A program made the translations under genes and the position numbers. This document shows positions 1 to 8,323 of a DNA stretch of 64,000 nucleotides, piece after piece; position 1 is the first letter of the stretch; each line of letters starts with the position of its first letter. The stretch comes from an uncultured Candidatus Saccharibacteria bacterium. GTDB taxonomy: Bacteria > Patescibacteriota > Saccharimonadia > Saccharimonadales > 2-12-FULL-41-12. The stretch covers positions 36-64,035 of the forward strand of contig CAZYMH010000005.1 in assembly GCA_964648105.1 (NCBI GenBank), in the 5' to 3' direction. The notes beneath the pieces were generated by a model that saw nothing but the letters and a program-made list of their open reading frames with translations, did not search any database and had not been told where the DNA came from.

Positions 1-39
1 CCTTTCTCGGTACTTGTTGAAAGCACTCTTTCACAAAAT

Positions 40-114
40 TGGCTCGGGAGGCCGGACTCGAACCGGCAACCTCGAAGTTAACAGCTTCTTGCTCCACCAT
101 TGAGCTACTCCCGA
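40..114 (-). tRNA. tRNA-Asn (anticodon GTT), CCA encoded
   Basis: The reverse complement folds as a cloverleaf. Acceptor is TCGGGAG/CTCCCGA, D-arm GCTC/GAGC, anticodon loop CTGTTAA, T-arm GCCGG-TTCGAGT-CCGGC, and the 3' end is GCCA. Confidence 0.9.
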
Positions 115-201
115 ATGTGATCAATTATAAAAGAACATATTAAAATGTTGCTCTTAATATCAATATTTTACAGATGAGAAGCAGAAAAGTAAATAATGAA
201 A

Positions 202-666
202 TTAGTGAGTAAATTTTTTGACAGCGTTCATTGCATCGCGAGATTGGTCGCGTTTTTTGAGGAGTTCGCGTTTGTCGTATTTTTTGCGGCCTGTGCCAGT
301 ACTAATCCGTAATTTTATGTATTTTTGGTTAGTGACTATCTCTGTTGGTATGATGTTCTTACCTTGTTTTTTGGCTTCGATTAGCTCATCAAGTTCGCGT
401 TTTTTGAGCAATAATTTACGGGTGCGAACTTGCTCTGATTCGGTTAATTTACCACCTAAAAAGCCAGTGATTGTCGCATTGAGTAGGTACAGCTCATTGT
501 CTTTTACGACTACGTATGCCCCACGCAGGTGGCCATGGCCCAGCCTTAGAGATTTGGTTTCTCTGCCAGTCAAAACTAAGCCTGCTAAGTACGAATCTTT
601 TAGATTGTAGTCAAACTTAGCACGCTTGTTGGTTATTTTCTTGGTTTGGACTTGTTTTTTGGCCAT
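202..666 (-). CDS. smpB: SsrA-binding protein SmpB
   Basis: 154 aa. The N-terminus KRAKFDY, the stretch LAGLVLTGRETKSLR and the basic C-terminal tail are typical of SmpB. Confidence 0.9.
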   Translation of the reverse strand: MAKKQVQTKKITNKRAKFDYNLKDSYLAGLVLTGRETKSLRLGHGHLRGAYVVVKDNELYLLNATITGFLGGKLTESEQVRTRKLLLKKRELDELIEAKKQGKNIIPTEIVTNQKYIKLRISTGTGRKKYDKRELLKKRDQSRDAMNAVKKFTH

Positions 667-709
667 AAACTAATTATGAAGTAAATTGACAAAATTTACA
701 ATAGAGTAA

Positions 710-1894
710 TTAATATACTTTTCGCTCAGCACCAGTGTATTCAACATTTTCTTCGGCTAAGGCATTCACTTGATTGATTTTGGTTTTGGCGACGTCCCAT
801 AACTCTGGGTGGCCGTTTTGTTTGAGCCAATACCACCACTCTGGTCCCCACAAGTAAATCTCTTTAATACCCGTATCAAGTCCATACTGAATACGGCTAT
901 CTAGTCGTTCGGCGTCGACCGATTTGGTCATCTCGGGTATATCGTTAACTTGATTCATTTTGTAGCCTTTTGGCAACCACGCCTCTGTTTGTAGTTCGTG
1001 AATAACCATACTTTTACCCGATACAAGCTCGCCATAACCACCTAAACTAGAGTAAAACCATGGTGGATATGGGTATTCGAAGTAGCGTTTGGTGGCAGTC
1101 TTGTCCCATACTCGTTTATAGATAGAGACTGCAAATTGATCAGGTGTTGGCTGACGAAGTGGAATTCCTCCCCAGTTGTTGCTGCGGCTAATGATAAGTT
1201 TGTGATTTGGATCTAGTCGTTTGACCAAATCTGCTTCATAGACCAATCTATCTCGGCTAAAGTCGGTACATTCGCCAAAAACGCTCATAAAATACTCATT
1301 TTCGAGCTGATAACTCTCGAGAGCTGGGTTATCTTTGTAACGATTGACGGTGGCTTCGATATAGCGGTATAGATCTGCTCGCCACTGCTCAATCGGCCGA
1401 CCTTTGGCCCAAGCTGGCTCGTGACACTCTGGCCAACGAGGTTGACGCAGTCCAACTGCCAACGAAACTTTCGAACCAGACTCTTCGGCCTTTTTGAATT
1501 GCCAATCGAGTTCTGAGAAATCGTATGTGCCTTTGGTGGATTCAATATTTTTCCAGTAACTAACTAAGCGAAATTGTCTTATACCTAGGTCATTTATCAT
1601 CTCGTCCATCGTTACCTTGGGGTTTAGGCCAAAATAACGAGCGTAGTCTGGTACAAAGGTGGCTCCAAGCTTGGTCGGTTCGTTTTTGTGTTTGACAATA
1701 TAATATTTTCCACCTACATAAGTAAAAATAACTACTCCAACAGCTATAGCGACCAAAACTGTAAAAACTCGGTAAGTGATCGATAATTTTTTGAACAAAA
1801 TTATCAACTTAGGGTAAATATTGAGTGAACTTCTTGGAGTTGGTTTGGGCATAAATTTAGCTAAAATAATTTGAAAATCTGCTGGTAGCAGCAA
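710..1894 (-). CDS. Membrane-anchored TIM-barrel glycoside hydrolase (clan GH-A, GH5-like)
   Basis: 394 aa with an N-terminal TM helix (VFTVLVAIAVGVVIFTYV). LENEYF is an acid/base-type NE motif, and a second conserved Glu lies in IHELQTEAW. An alternative ATG start is at 1852. Confidence 0.6.
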   Translation of the reverse strand: MLLPADFQIILAKFMPKPTPRSSLNIYPKLIILFKKLSITYRVFTVLVAIAVGVVIFTYVGGKYYIVKHKNEPTKLGATFVPDYARYFGLNPKVTMDEMINDLGIRQFRLVSYWKNIESTKGTYDFSELDWQFKKAEESGSKVSLAVGLRQPRWPECHEPAWAKGRPIEQWRADLYRYIEATVNRYKDNPALESYQLENEYFMSVFGECTDFSRDRLVYEADLVKRLDPNHKLIISRSNNWGGIPLRQPTPDQFAVSIYKRVWDKTATKRYFEYPYPPWFYSSLGGYGELVSGKSMVIHELQTEAWLPKGYKMNQVNDIPEMTKSVDAERLDSRIQYGLDTGIKEIYLWGPEWWYWLKQNGHPELWDVAKTKINQVNALAEENVEYTGAERKVY

Positions 1895-1932
1895 CTGTTG
1901 TATAATATAAGCATAACAGTAATAAAAAAAAT

Positions 1933-2082
1933 ATGAAAGACAAAATACACAGTCTGTTTGAGCAACAAACCTTCGACGTCACTTGGAATTACGACCAATT
2001 GAATATTTGGGGTGCGGCGAAAATTTATTGGCCGTTTTTTATGTTTATGGTTTGTCAAAAGAAAGAAATCGATAAGTTATGA
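1933..2082 (+). CDS. Possible 49-aa upstream small ORF translationally coupled to the GT2 gene
   Basis: ATG at 1933. The TGA stop (2080-2082) overlaps the GT2 ATG (2079) as ATGA. It has a hydrophobic stretch IYWPFFMFMV, no obvious SD, and a TGTTGTATAAT extended -10-like box upstream at about 1905. Confidence 0.25.
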   Translation: MKDKIHSLFEQQTFDVTWNYDQLNIWGAAKIYWPFFMFMVCQKKEIDKL

Positions 2083-2891
2083 CTAAGCCAACTCTGTCGA
2101 TTGTTATACCAGTTTATAATGAGGAGTTTGATATAGCGGAGTGCTTGTGGTCGATTGCTCGCCAAACTACTCCGCCAGACGAAGTGATAGTTGTCGATAA
2201 CAACTCATCTGATAATTCGGTACAAATTGCTAGAAAGTTCAAATTTGTAACTGTTATTCGCGAGCCTAACCAAGGCATTGCATATGCCCGAAATGCAGGA
2301 TTTGATGCCGCCAAAAGCCAAATAATTGGCCGAATTGATGCCGACACTCGCCTAAAACCTGGTTGGGTAGAGACTGTTAAAAAGTATTATTCTAACGAAA
2401 ATAATTTGCAAACTGCCGTCAGTGGACAAGCATATCTGTACAACACTATCTGGCCCAAATTTGCAGGTCGAGTTCAGCACAGCTTTGCCTTCGAATATAA
2501 TAAGTTAATCTTGGGTAATTATATATTGTGGGGGTCGAATATGGCCTTGCCTAAATACTTGTGGGACGTTGTCAAAAGTGATACTTGTTTTCGGCGTGAT
2601 ATACACGAAGATATTGACCTGGCAATTCACCTTAGCCGCATGGGATTTAAAATAAATTATCGCAAGAGTATGTTGGTCGGAGTTCGGATGAAAAGAGTTA
2701 TGAACCAACGTAGCAGTTTATGGGGTAACTTAATGCTTTGGCCACGGACTTTTAGGGTTCATAATTATAGTTTGTGGATTTTAGCGTACTTAGGGGCAAT
2801 ATTACTTTATATCCTGTCTTTCCCTGTTCGTTTAACAGATTACTTCAGGATATATGCCCTAAATAAGCCTAAAAGAACTAGAAATTTTTAG
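2079..2891 (+). CDS. Family 2 glycosyltransferase
   Basis: 270 aa. LSIVIPVYNEE, the VVDNNSSD motif and RIDADT (DxD-type) are typical of GT2. Confidence 0.85.
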   Translation: MTKPTLSIVIPVYNEEFDIAECLWSIARQTTPPDEVIVVDNNSSDNSVQIARKFKFVTVIREPNQGIAYARNAGFDAAKSQIIGRIDADTRLKPGWVETVKKYYSNENNLQTAVSGQAYLYNTIWPKFAGRVQHSFAFEYNKLILGNYILWGSNMALPKYLWDVVKSDTCFRRDIHEDIDLAIHLSRMGFKINYRKSMLVGVRMKRVMNQRSSLWGNLMLWPRTFRVHNYSLWILAYLGAILLYILSFPVRLTDYFRIYALNKPKRTRNF

Positions 2892-2915
2892 TATACTTAA
2901 CTCTTATAAGGATAT

Positions 2916-4175
2916 ATGTTGAGAATTGGATTTTTTACCGATAGTTTTTACCCAAATACCAATGGCATAACTGTAATTGTTGATTCTATGCAAAAGAGTC
3001 TAATGCAGCTTGGCCACGAAGTTTATGTATTTGCTCCAAAACCTATCAATAAAAAAGATAGTAGTGTTCATGATTCGCGGTATATCAAACGGGTGTCTGC
3101 AATAAATGGCATGATTTATCATGAGCAATCGACTAGCATCTTCTTCCCTGCTCGCCAGTACTCTAGGGTCAAAAAACTAGATTTAGATGTGATTGTAGTT
3201 TTTACGCCCGCCCAAATTGGCATGCTGGGAAGTTACTGTGCCTTGAAGCAAAAAATACCGTTAGTTTCGTATTATTCAACCGATTTAGTTGAGTATATCG
3301 AGCAATATCCCAATGCAATTTTTGGAGTTTTGGCACTAATTAGCACCACTCCGATCGCTCTGCGTATGAAACCAAAAGAAATACTAAAATTATCTAAGCT
3401 AGCCATGCCCAGTATCAAACGAGATGAGAAGTGGCGAAAAAAAGTAGTTCGCGAGATGGTCAACGACTACCATAATAGATGTCAATATGTGATTGTGCCA
3501 TCTGTTAAATCTCATAATCAGATGAAATCTTGGGGCCTAAAAACGGCAGTGAGTGTGTTGCCTGCGGGAGTTGATCCTCCCAATGACCTAGAAGAGTTAA
3601 ATGGCGATGATTTTCGTCGTAAATACAAAATTCCTCCTCGAGTACCTGTGATTATGTATTTGGGACGTGTGGCCAAAGAAAAAAATATAGAATTAGCAAT
3701 AAACGCTATGAAAGATATTCTACCCAAAAACCCCGAAGTTTTTTTGGTGATTGTTGGAGATTTTGATTATCGCCGCGAACTAGAGAAAAAAGTGAAGCAA
3801 CTTAAGCTCGAAGCATCTGTCATCTTTACTGGCAAAGTCTCGTTTGAAGAACGTTGGCAAGCCTTCAGGGCGGCTAACATTTTTGTCTTTCCATCTGTTA
3901 CCGATACACAAGCTATAGTTATAAATGAGGCTGGATTATGCGAATTGCCGATAGTTTGGTGCGATGAACAAGTTAATGAGTTGCTAGTAGATGGCGTAAG
4001 CGGACAATTGTCGACTAATCACCCCAAATCGTTTGCTATTACAGTAAACAAACTTCTTAATGATAAAATTTACGCTCAATATTTAGCTCAAAATGCAAAA
4101 AATAATGCCCTCCAAATGAGCCAAATTAACCAAGCCAAAAAATTAATAAAAATCTTAGAGAAGTTAACAAAGTAA
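2916..4175 (+). CDS. Family 4 (GT-B) glycosyltransferase
   Basis: 419 aa. N-terminus is FFTDSFYPNTNGI. The C-terminal part has a GRVAKEKN-type motif and FVFPSVTDTQAIVINEA (an EX7E-like region). Confidence 0.8.
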   Translation: MLRIGFFTDSFYPNTNGITVIVDSMQKSLMQLGHEVYVFAPKPINKKDSSVHDSRYIKRVSAINGMIYHEQSTSIFFPARQYSRVKKLDLDVIVVFTPAQIGMLGSYCALKQKIPLVSYYSTDLVEYIEQYPNAIFGVLALISTTPIALRMKPKEILKLSKLAMPSIKRDEKWRKKVVREMVNDYHNRCQYVIVPSVKSHNQMKSWGLKTAVSVLPAGVDPPNDLEELNGDDFRRKYKIPPRVPVIMYLGRVAKEKNIELAINAMKDILPKNPEVFLVIVGDFDYRRELEKKVKQLKLEASVIFTGKVSFEERWQAFRAANIFVFPSVTDTQAIVINEAGLCELPIVWCDEQVNELLVDGVSGQLSTNHPKSFAITVNKLLNDKIYAQYLAQNAKNNALQMSQINQAKKLIKILEKLTK

Positions 4176-4181
4176 TCTTAC

Positions 4182-4751
4182 TCAGTAGTCGATACCAGGG
4201 TTGGCCAAATATTTTTGGTCGTAATGGTGTTTGAGTTTGTGCATTTCGGTAGCGATATCTACATACGGAAGTAATTCTTCTGGGAAATTGCGGCCAGTTA
4301 GGCACAAACTGGTTTGAGGCGATTTGTCTTTGATCATTTTTTTTAGCTGAGCTTTGGTGAGCAGTCCATCGTTAACTGCATTGTTAATCTCGTCGCAAAT
4401 AACTAGTTTGTACTTGCCAGAGGTAGCTGCCTTGTAGGCTTGATCGTAAGTGTCTTGAGCGGCTTGCTTATGCTGGGCTTTGGATATATTTGTTGCACTG
4501 AGGTCACCTGCATCATAAAAGCCCTTGCCTCCCTTATAAAAAAACAATTGGTCTTCATAGATCGATTGGATATCACGGATAAAATTATGCTCACCAACTC
4601 CCCAATATTTGATAAATTGGATAAATGCTACGTTCCAACGAGTCCCCAATGCTCTAACCATTAGCCCTAGTCCAGCTGATGTTTTGCCTTTGCCATCACC
4701 TGTATAAACCAACACAACACTATCTTTTGTCTTAAAATCCTCAAACGCCAT
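4182..4751 (-). CDS. cobO: Cob(I)yrinic acid a,c-diamide (corrinoid) adenosyltransferase, CobA/CobO/BtuR type
   Basis: P-loop YTGDGKGKTSAGLG and LVICDEINNA are family motifs. The start is taken at MAFEDF (4751); the 26 AT-rich codons upstream in the ORF track look non-coding. Confidence 0.75.
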   Translation of the reverse strand: MAFEDFKTKDSVVLVYTGDGKGKTSAGLGLMVRALGTRWNVAFIQFIKYWGVGEHNFIRDIQSIYEDQLFFYKGGKGFYDAGDLSATNISKAQHKQAAQDTYDQAYKAATSGKYKLVICDEINNAVNDGLLTKAQLKKMIKDKSPQTSLCLTGRNFPEELLPYVDIATEMHKLKHHYDQKYLANPGIDY

Positions 4752-4822
4752 ACTAATATTGTAAATGTCGTAAACATAAATATAAATTAGATTTTTGGAT
4801 AAGTACGTGTTATAAAAATAAA

Positions 4823-5746
4823 ATGACACATGGTGAATTACCGAATGAATCTAATCGATCAATCGAAAATTTGAGGGAACAATTTTTTCTACCCAGTGGT
4901 GTGCTGGATAATTCCTCATTAGATATACCAGGTGCAAATAAAAATGAACTTGAGTTACTGGAAAGTTTAATTGTTAGGAAAAATAGTTTTAGAGGATTTT
5001 CGATATATGGCGACGAAACAGAAGACGAGAAGATATCGGTAGTTAGTAAAGTATGTGAAAAAAACGGTATCGACTTGGTGGTTGGCAGATTTCGAAATTA
5101 TCCGATACATAATTATGCTCAAGGTTCTGATCGAGTGCTACGGAGTTTTATCGATGAAGCCTACCAAGTTGATTCTAATAAGCCGCTTATGATTGTTTTG
5201 GCTGGTTTGCAAAACTATTTGATAAGAGTTAATGAGGGGGCTGAGAAACAATACGAAGATCGAGAGTATGATTATCGAAAAGGTGCTTTTCATCGGAGTT
5301 TAGCCGAAGTAATATCCAACTCATTATATATTTACCCTAAATTAATGCTTTGCTCACCTATCATTGGTATAAGTAAAACTTTGCCAAGCAGTTTTTTGAG
5401 CGATGGTGTGTTTACTGAATTTTCTGAAATCAATAAACCCAATAAATCAGCTCGAAAAAAATTGATTTTGGCCACTATCGCTGAGCATGAGTTAGATGAA
5501 GTTTACAGGGGTTACAATGGAATATTTGATGCCGAGGAAGATGTTGAATTTGTTCACAGGATTGTAAAGTCAACCAAAAATAAATCAACTCAGGAAATAA
5601 AAGATGCAATATTACGTGCTTTGAATAACTTCAAAGATGGAGTTTACGAATATCAAAATTCAAGCGACCAAAGCGTTCCGAACGAAAACGTACCAAGCAT
5701 TACCATGAGAAATTTGTGGCAATTAGTCTGTCTTTCTCCAAAATAA
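4823..5746 (+). CDS. Hypothetical protein; layout resembles an AAA+-type ATPase with both Walker motifs degenerate
   Basis: 307 aa. GFSIYGDETEDEKIS sits where a GxxGxGK[ST] P-loop would be, and PLMIVLAGLQN sits where a hhhhDE Walker B would be. Similarity is judged by eye only. Confidence 0.35.
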   Translation: MTHGELPNESNRSIENLREQFFLPSGVLDNSSLDIPGANKNELELLESLIVRKNSFRGFSIYGDETEDEKISVVSKVCEKNGIDLVVGRFRNYPIHNYAQGSDRVLRSFIDEAYQVDSNKPLMIVLAGLQNYLIRVNEGAEKQYEDREYDYRKGAFHRSLAEVISNSLYIYPKLMLCSPIIGISKTLPSSFLSDGVFTEFSEINKPNKSARKKLILATIAEHELDEVYRGYNGIFDAEEDVEFVHRIVKSTKNKSTQEIKDAILRALNNFKDGVYEYQNSSDQSVPNENVPSITMRNLWQLVCLSPK

Positions 5747-5790
5747 ATTAATCTTGAAGCAGATTAATAGAGGTGGTATAGTATAAGTAA

Positions 5791-6039
5791 ATGTACGTTA
5801 TGGTCGATAAAAAACCGTCCACTAGTGATGAAATTATTAAAGCTAAACTAGCTTTTATTAGTGGCTCTATGGATACTTTTTGGCGATTAGGCTCGGCGGT
5901 GTTGCTGCCAATGATAATTGGTGGTGTAGTCGATCAAATAAAACATACCGATAAATATGTTGTAATTGGTCTTTTTGTTGGTATAATTTTGGCGGTTATG
6001 ATGATAATTAAACAGGCCTTGGAGGCTAATAAAAAATGA
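5791..6039 (+). CDS. AtpZ/AtpI-type small membrane protein of the ATP synthase operon
   Basis: 82 aa with two TM helices. It is the first gene of the atp operon, and its TGA stop overlaps the atpB ATG (ATGA). Confidence 0.6.
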   Translation: MYVMVDKKPSTSDEIIKAKLAFISGSMDTFWRLGSAVLLPMIIGGVVDQIKHTDKYVVIGLFVGIILAVMMIIKQALEANKK

Positions 6040-6824
6040 ACTTTATATTAGCCGAGGCATCAGGACCTCACATCGCGATAACTCCCGAAAAATTATTCGA
6101 GATTGGTGGATTTCAGATTACTAACTCGATTTTGTTTGGCTGGATTTCGGCAGTAATTGTGATTAGCATTCTTCTATTTATGAAAAGTAGAGTCAAATTA
6201 AATGGCACCAAAGGCGTGTCTGACCTACTTGATAGCGGAAGTGAATTTATGCTGGATGTACTGGAATCGAGCTTAGGCTCTAGAGCTAGAGCAGTTAAGT
6301 ATGCCCCGCTGTTCGTGACGACCTTTTTCTTTATTGTTATGAATAATTGGCTCGGATTGTTGCCAGGTGTTGGCCCTGCAATTGAATACCATGGTTCGCC
6401 TCTACTCAGGCCGTTTACCGCAGACTTGAACGCGACGCTGTCGATGGCATTAGTTATGGTAGTGGTAGTTATCTACTTATCTATGAAGGAGTCTAGCCCG
6501 CTCCAGCATCTGCGACACTACTTTCAGGGTAGTCTCAAAAATCCGATGACTATTATACTTGGGTTGCTCGAAATATTTAGTGAATTTACGCGAATTGCTT
6601 CGTTAGCTCTTCGACTCTTCCTAAACGTCGTAATAGGCGAAATTTTGATTGCAATTTTTGCATATTTGGGGGCTTTTGCGGCACCTGTGTCTGCCCTACC
6701 ATTTACTCTGCTAGAAATATTTGTTGGCCTACTTCAGGCCTATATATTTGTAGTTTTGTGTGTTTCTTATCTTGCGGTTGCAACATCGCATAATCATGAT
6801 GATCATGACAAGGAGACAGCTTAA
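6036..6824 (+). CDS. atpB: F0F1 ATP synthase subunit a
   Basis: 262 aa, polytopic. It has the conserved Arg motif ALRLFLNVVIGE and fits the operon position. Confidence 0.9.
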   Translation: MNFILAEASGPHIAITPEKLFEIGGFQITNSILFGWISAVIVISILLFMKSRVKLNGTKGVSDLLDSGSEFMLDVLESSLGSRARAVKYAPLFVTTFFFIVMNNWLGLLPGVGPAIEYHGSPLLRPFTADLNATLSMALVMVVVVIYLSMKESSPLQHLRHYFQGSLKNPMTIILGLLEIFSEFTRIASLALRLFLNVVIGEILIAIFAYLGAFAAPVSALPFTLLEIFVGLLQAYIFVVLCVSYLAVATSHNHDDHDKETA

Positions 6825-6905
6825 AGATAAGAAAACAGATTGACTAAAGGTCAAAAACTATATAAATTTAGGTTAAATAAATAAAATAATTTAAGGAGTA
6901 AATAA

Positions 6906-7136
6906 ATGCATTTATTAGCAGAAGCAGTTAATGTTGTACCACTGGCAAAAGGAATTGCCCTAGGATTTGGTGTGATGGGACCAGCCATTGCCATTGGTTT
7001 GATCGGTGCGTCGTTCATGAACGGAGTTAGCCGTAATCCAGAAAGTGCAAAATTTTTGGGACAAATCTTGGTGTTTGTATCTTTGGCCGAGTTGTTTGGT
7101 CTAATCGCCTTTGCCAGCATATTCATTATAAAATAG
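6906..7136 (+). CDS. atpE: F0F1 ATP synthase subunit c
   Basis: 76 aa helical hairpin with an RNPE loop and a carboxylate in SLAELFGLIAF. The SD is AAGGAG. Confidence 0.9.
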   Translation: MHLLAEAVNVVPLAKGIALGFGVMGPAIAIGLIGASFMNGVSRNPESAKFLGQILVFVSLAELFGLIAFASIFIIK

Positions 7137-7148
7137 CAAGGATATATA

Positions 7149-7255
7149 TCTAGAATGCACATTTTGAACAAAAAACTCCGATTTACATTCACCGTACCTT
7201 TAAGTACGGCTCATTTGCGGTTCTCGTTTTTTGTGCCAAACTGCATTATTCTAGA
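7149..7255 (+). other. 107-nt imperfect inverted repeat (long hairpin) in the atpE-atpF spacer
   Basis: The ends are TCTAGAATGCA...TGCATTATTCTAGA. An internal ACAAAAAAC/GTTTTTTGT pairing is present. The apical stem is CCGTAC-CTTTAA-GTACGG (7192-7209). Confidence 0.6.
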
Positions 7256-7294
7256 AAATATCCCATCTAATGAATGTACGAGGAAAAATAACTT

Positions 7295-7843
7295 ATGATC
7301 AATTTATTAATTACCAATTTTGCTAGCGAGGCGGCCGAAGGTGGCAGTGCTTTGTCGGCCCTAGGAGTCGATGGCAAAGCATTTTTGATTCAGTTTATTA
7401 CTTGGATTTTAGTATTTGTGATATTGATAAAATTTGTTTTTCGACCAGTAATTAACCTGCTCGAAAAACGTCGCAAAACTATCGGTCAAGGTATCGAACT
7501 AACCTCTGAAATGTTGGAAGAAAAAGCTAAACTCGATAAAGAGGTCGAGAAAACTATGGCTCAAGCTCGAGCTGACGCCAAGGATATTGTTGCCAAAACT
7601 CACGAACAAGCCAAAGAAATTATCAAAGAGGCCGAAAACCAAGCAAAAACTAATGTTGACGCTATGGTCAAAGATGCCAAATCAAAGATCAATGATGAGT
7701 CACTAAAAGCTCGACGATCTTTAGAAAAAGACATTGTCAATTTAGTCGTCGAAGCAACTGAAATTGTCGCCAGCCAAAAAATCGATGCCAAAAAAGATGC
7801 CGAGCTAATCAACCAAGCTTTGAAGGGTAAACTAAATGGCTAA
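7295..7843 (+). CDS. atpF: F0F1 ATP synthase subunit b
   Basis: 182 aa. One N-terminal TM helix is followed by a long charged Ala/Lys/Glu-rich helix, in the expected operon position. Confidence 0.85.
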   Translation: MINLLITNFASEAAEGGSALSALGVDGKAFLIQFITWILVFVILIKFVFRPVINLLEKRRKTIGQGIELTSEMLEEKAKLDKEVEKTMAQARADAKDIVAKTHEQAKEIIKEAENQAKTNVDAMVKDAKSKINDESLKARRSLEKDIVNLVVEATEIVASQKIDAKKDAELINQALKGKLNG

Positions 7844-8222
7844 ATACTCGCGTTCTGAGCTAGTTAAGTACATTGCCAATAATTTGAGTAAGGCTGACTT
7901 GCCAAATAAAACAGCAGCTTTTTTGATCGATAATAACAAAGCCAGCGAACTAGATTCGATTATGCGAGACGTAAACGAACTTCGTAAGAAAAATCAAGCA
8001 ACTAGCGAGGTAACAGTCAAAACTGCTCACCCATTAACACCGGAAATCCGCCGTCAAATTGAATATACTATCAAATCGCAATTTCCAGATGTCAACCAAG
8101 TTATTTTACATGAAGTTATTGACCAAAAAATAATTGGCGGAATTGTACTAGAATTTGCCAATGAAGTTATTGACGCAAGCGTTCGCGGCAAACTAAATAA
8201 ACTTAAAGAAGCAATATTATGA
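7836..8222 (+). CDS. atpH: F0F1 ATP synthase subunit delta (OSCP), unusually short
   Basis: 128 aa. The C-terminal IIGGIVLEFANEVIDASVRGKLNKL matches the OSCP signature. It overlaps atpF by 8 nt (ATGGCTAA). Confidence 0.8.
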   Translation: MAKYSRSELVKYIANNLSKADLPNKTAAFLIDNNKASELDSIMRDVNELRKKNQATSEVTVKTAHPLTPEIRRQIEYTIKSQFPDVNQVILHEVIDQKIIGGIVLEFANEVIDASVRGKLNKLKEAIL

Positions 8223-8323
8223 AATTAAATTTGAGTGTACTGAGGAATTGTGAGTCAAAAGTTAGAATCATCTGCCTTTTGTCTCATGGTTCGTGAGTGT
8301 AATAGTTTGAAGGGAGTAAATAA

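Noticed and set aside
1-39. Possible tmRNA (ssrA) near smpB at the window start
   Set aside because: Only 39 nt are available before tRNA-Asn, and the 115-201 spacer shows no tRNA-like or tag-reading-frame features. It cannot be assessed from this window.
218-610. Long antisense ORFs opposite well-supported genes (for example 218-610 against smpB, 6851-7192 against atpE, 8449-8841 against atpA, 50209-50580, 61063-61440)
   Set aside because: Each is fully nested antisense to a gene with clear family motifs. They lack an SD and have low-complexity or odd composition, so they are treated as shadow ORFs.
1861-2058. 65-aa minus-strand ORF between the GH gene and the GT2 gene
   Set aside because: It overlaps the 5' end of the GH gene in another frame, lacks an SD, and has AT-rich, junk-like composition.
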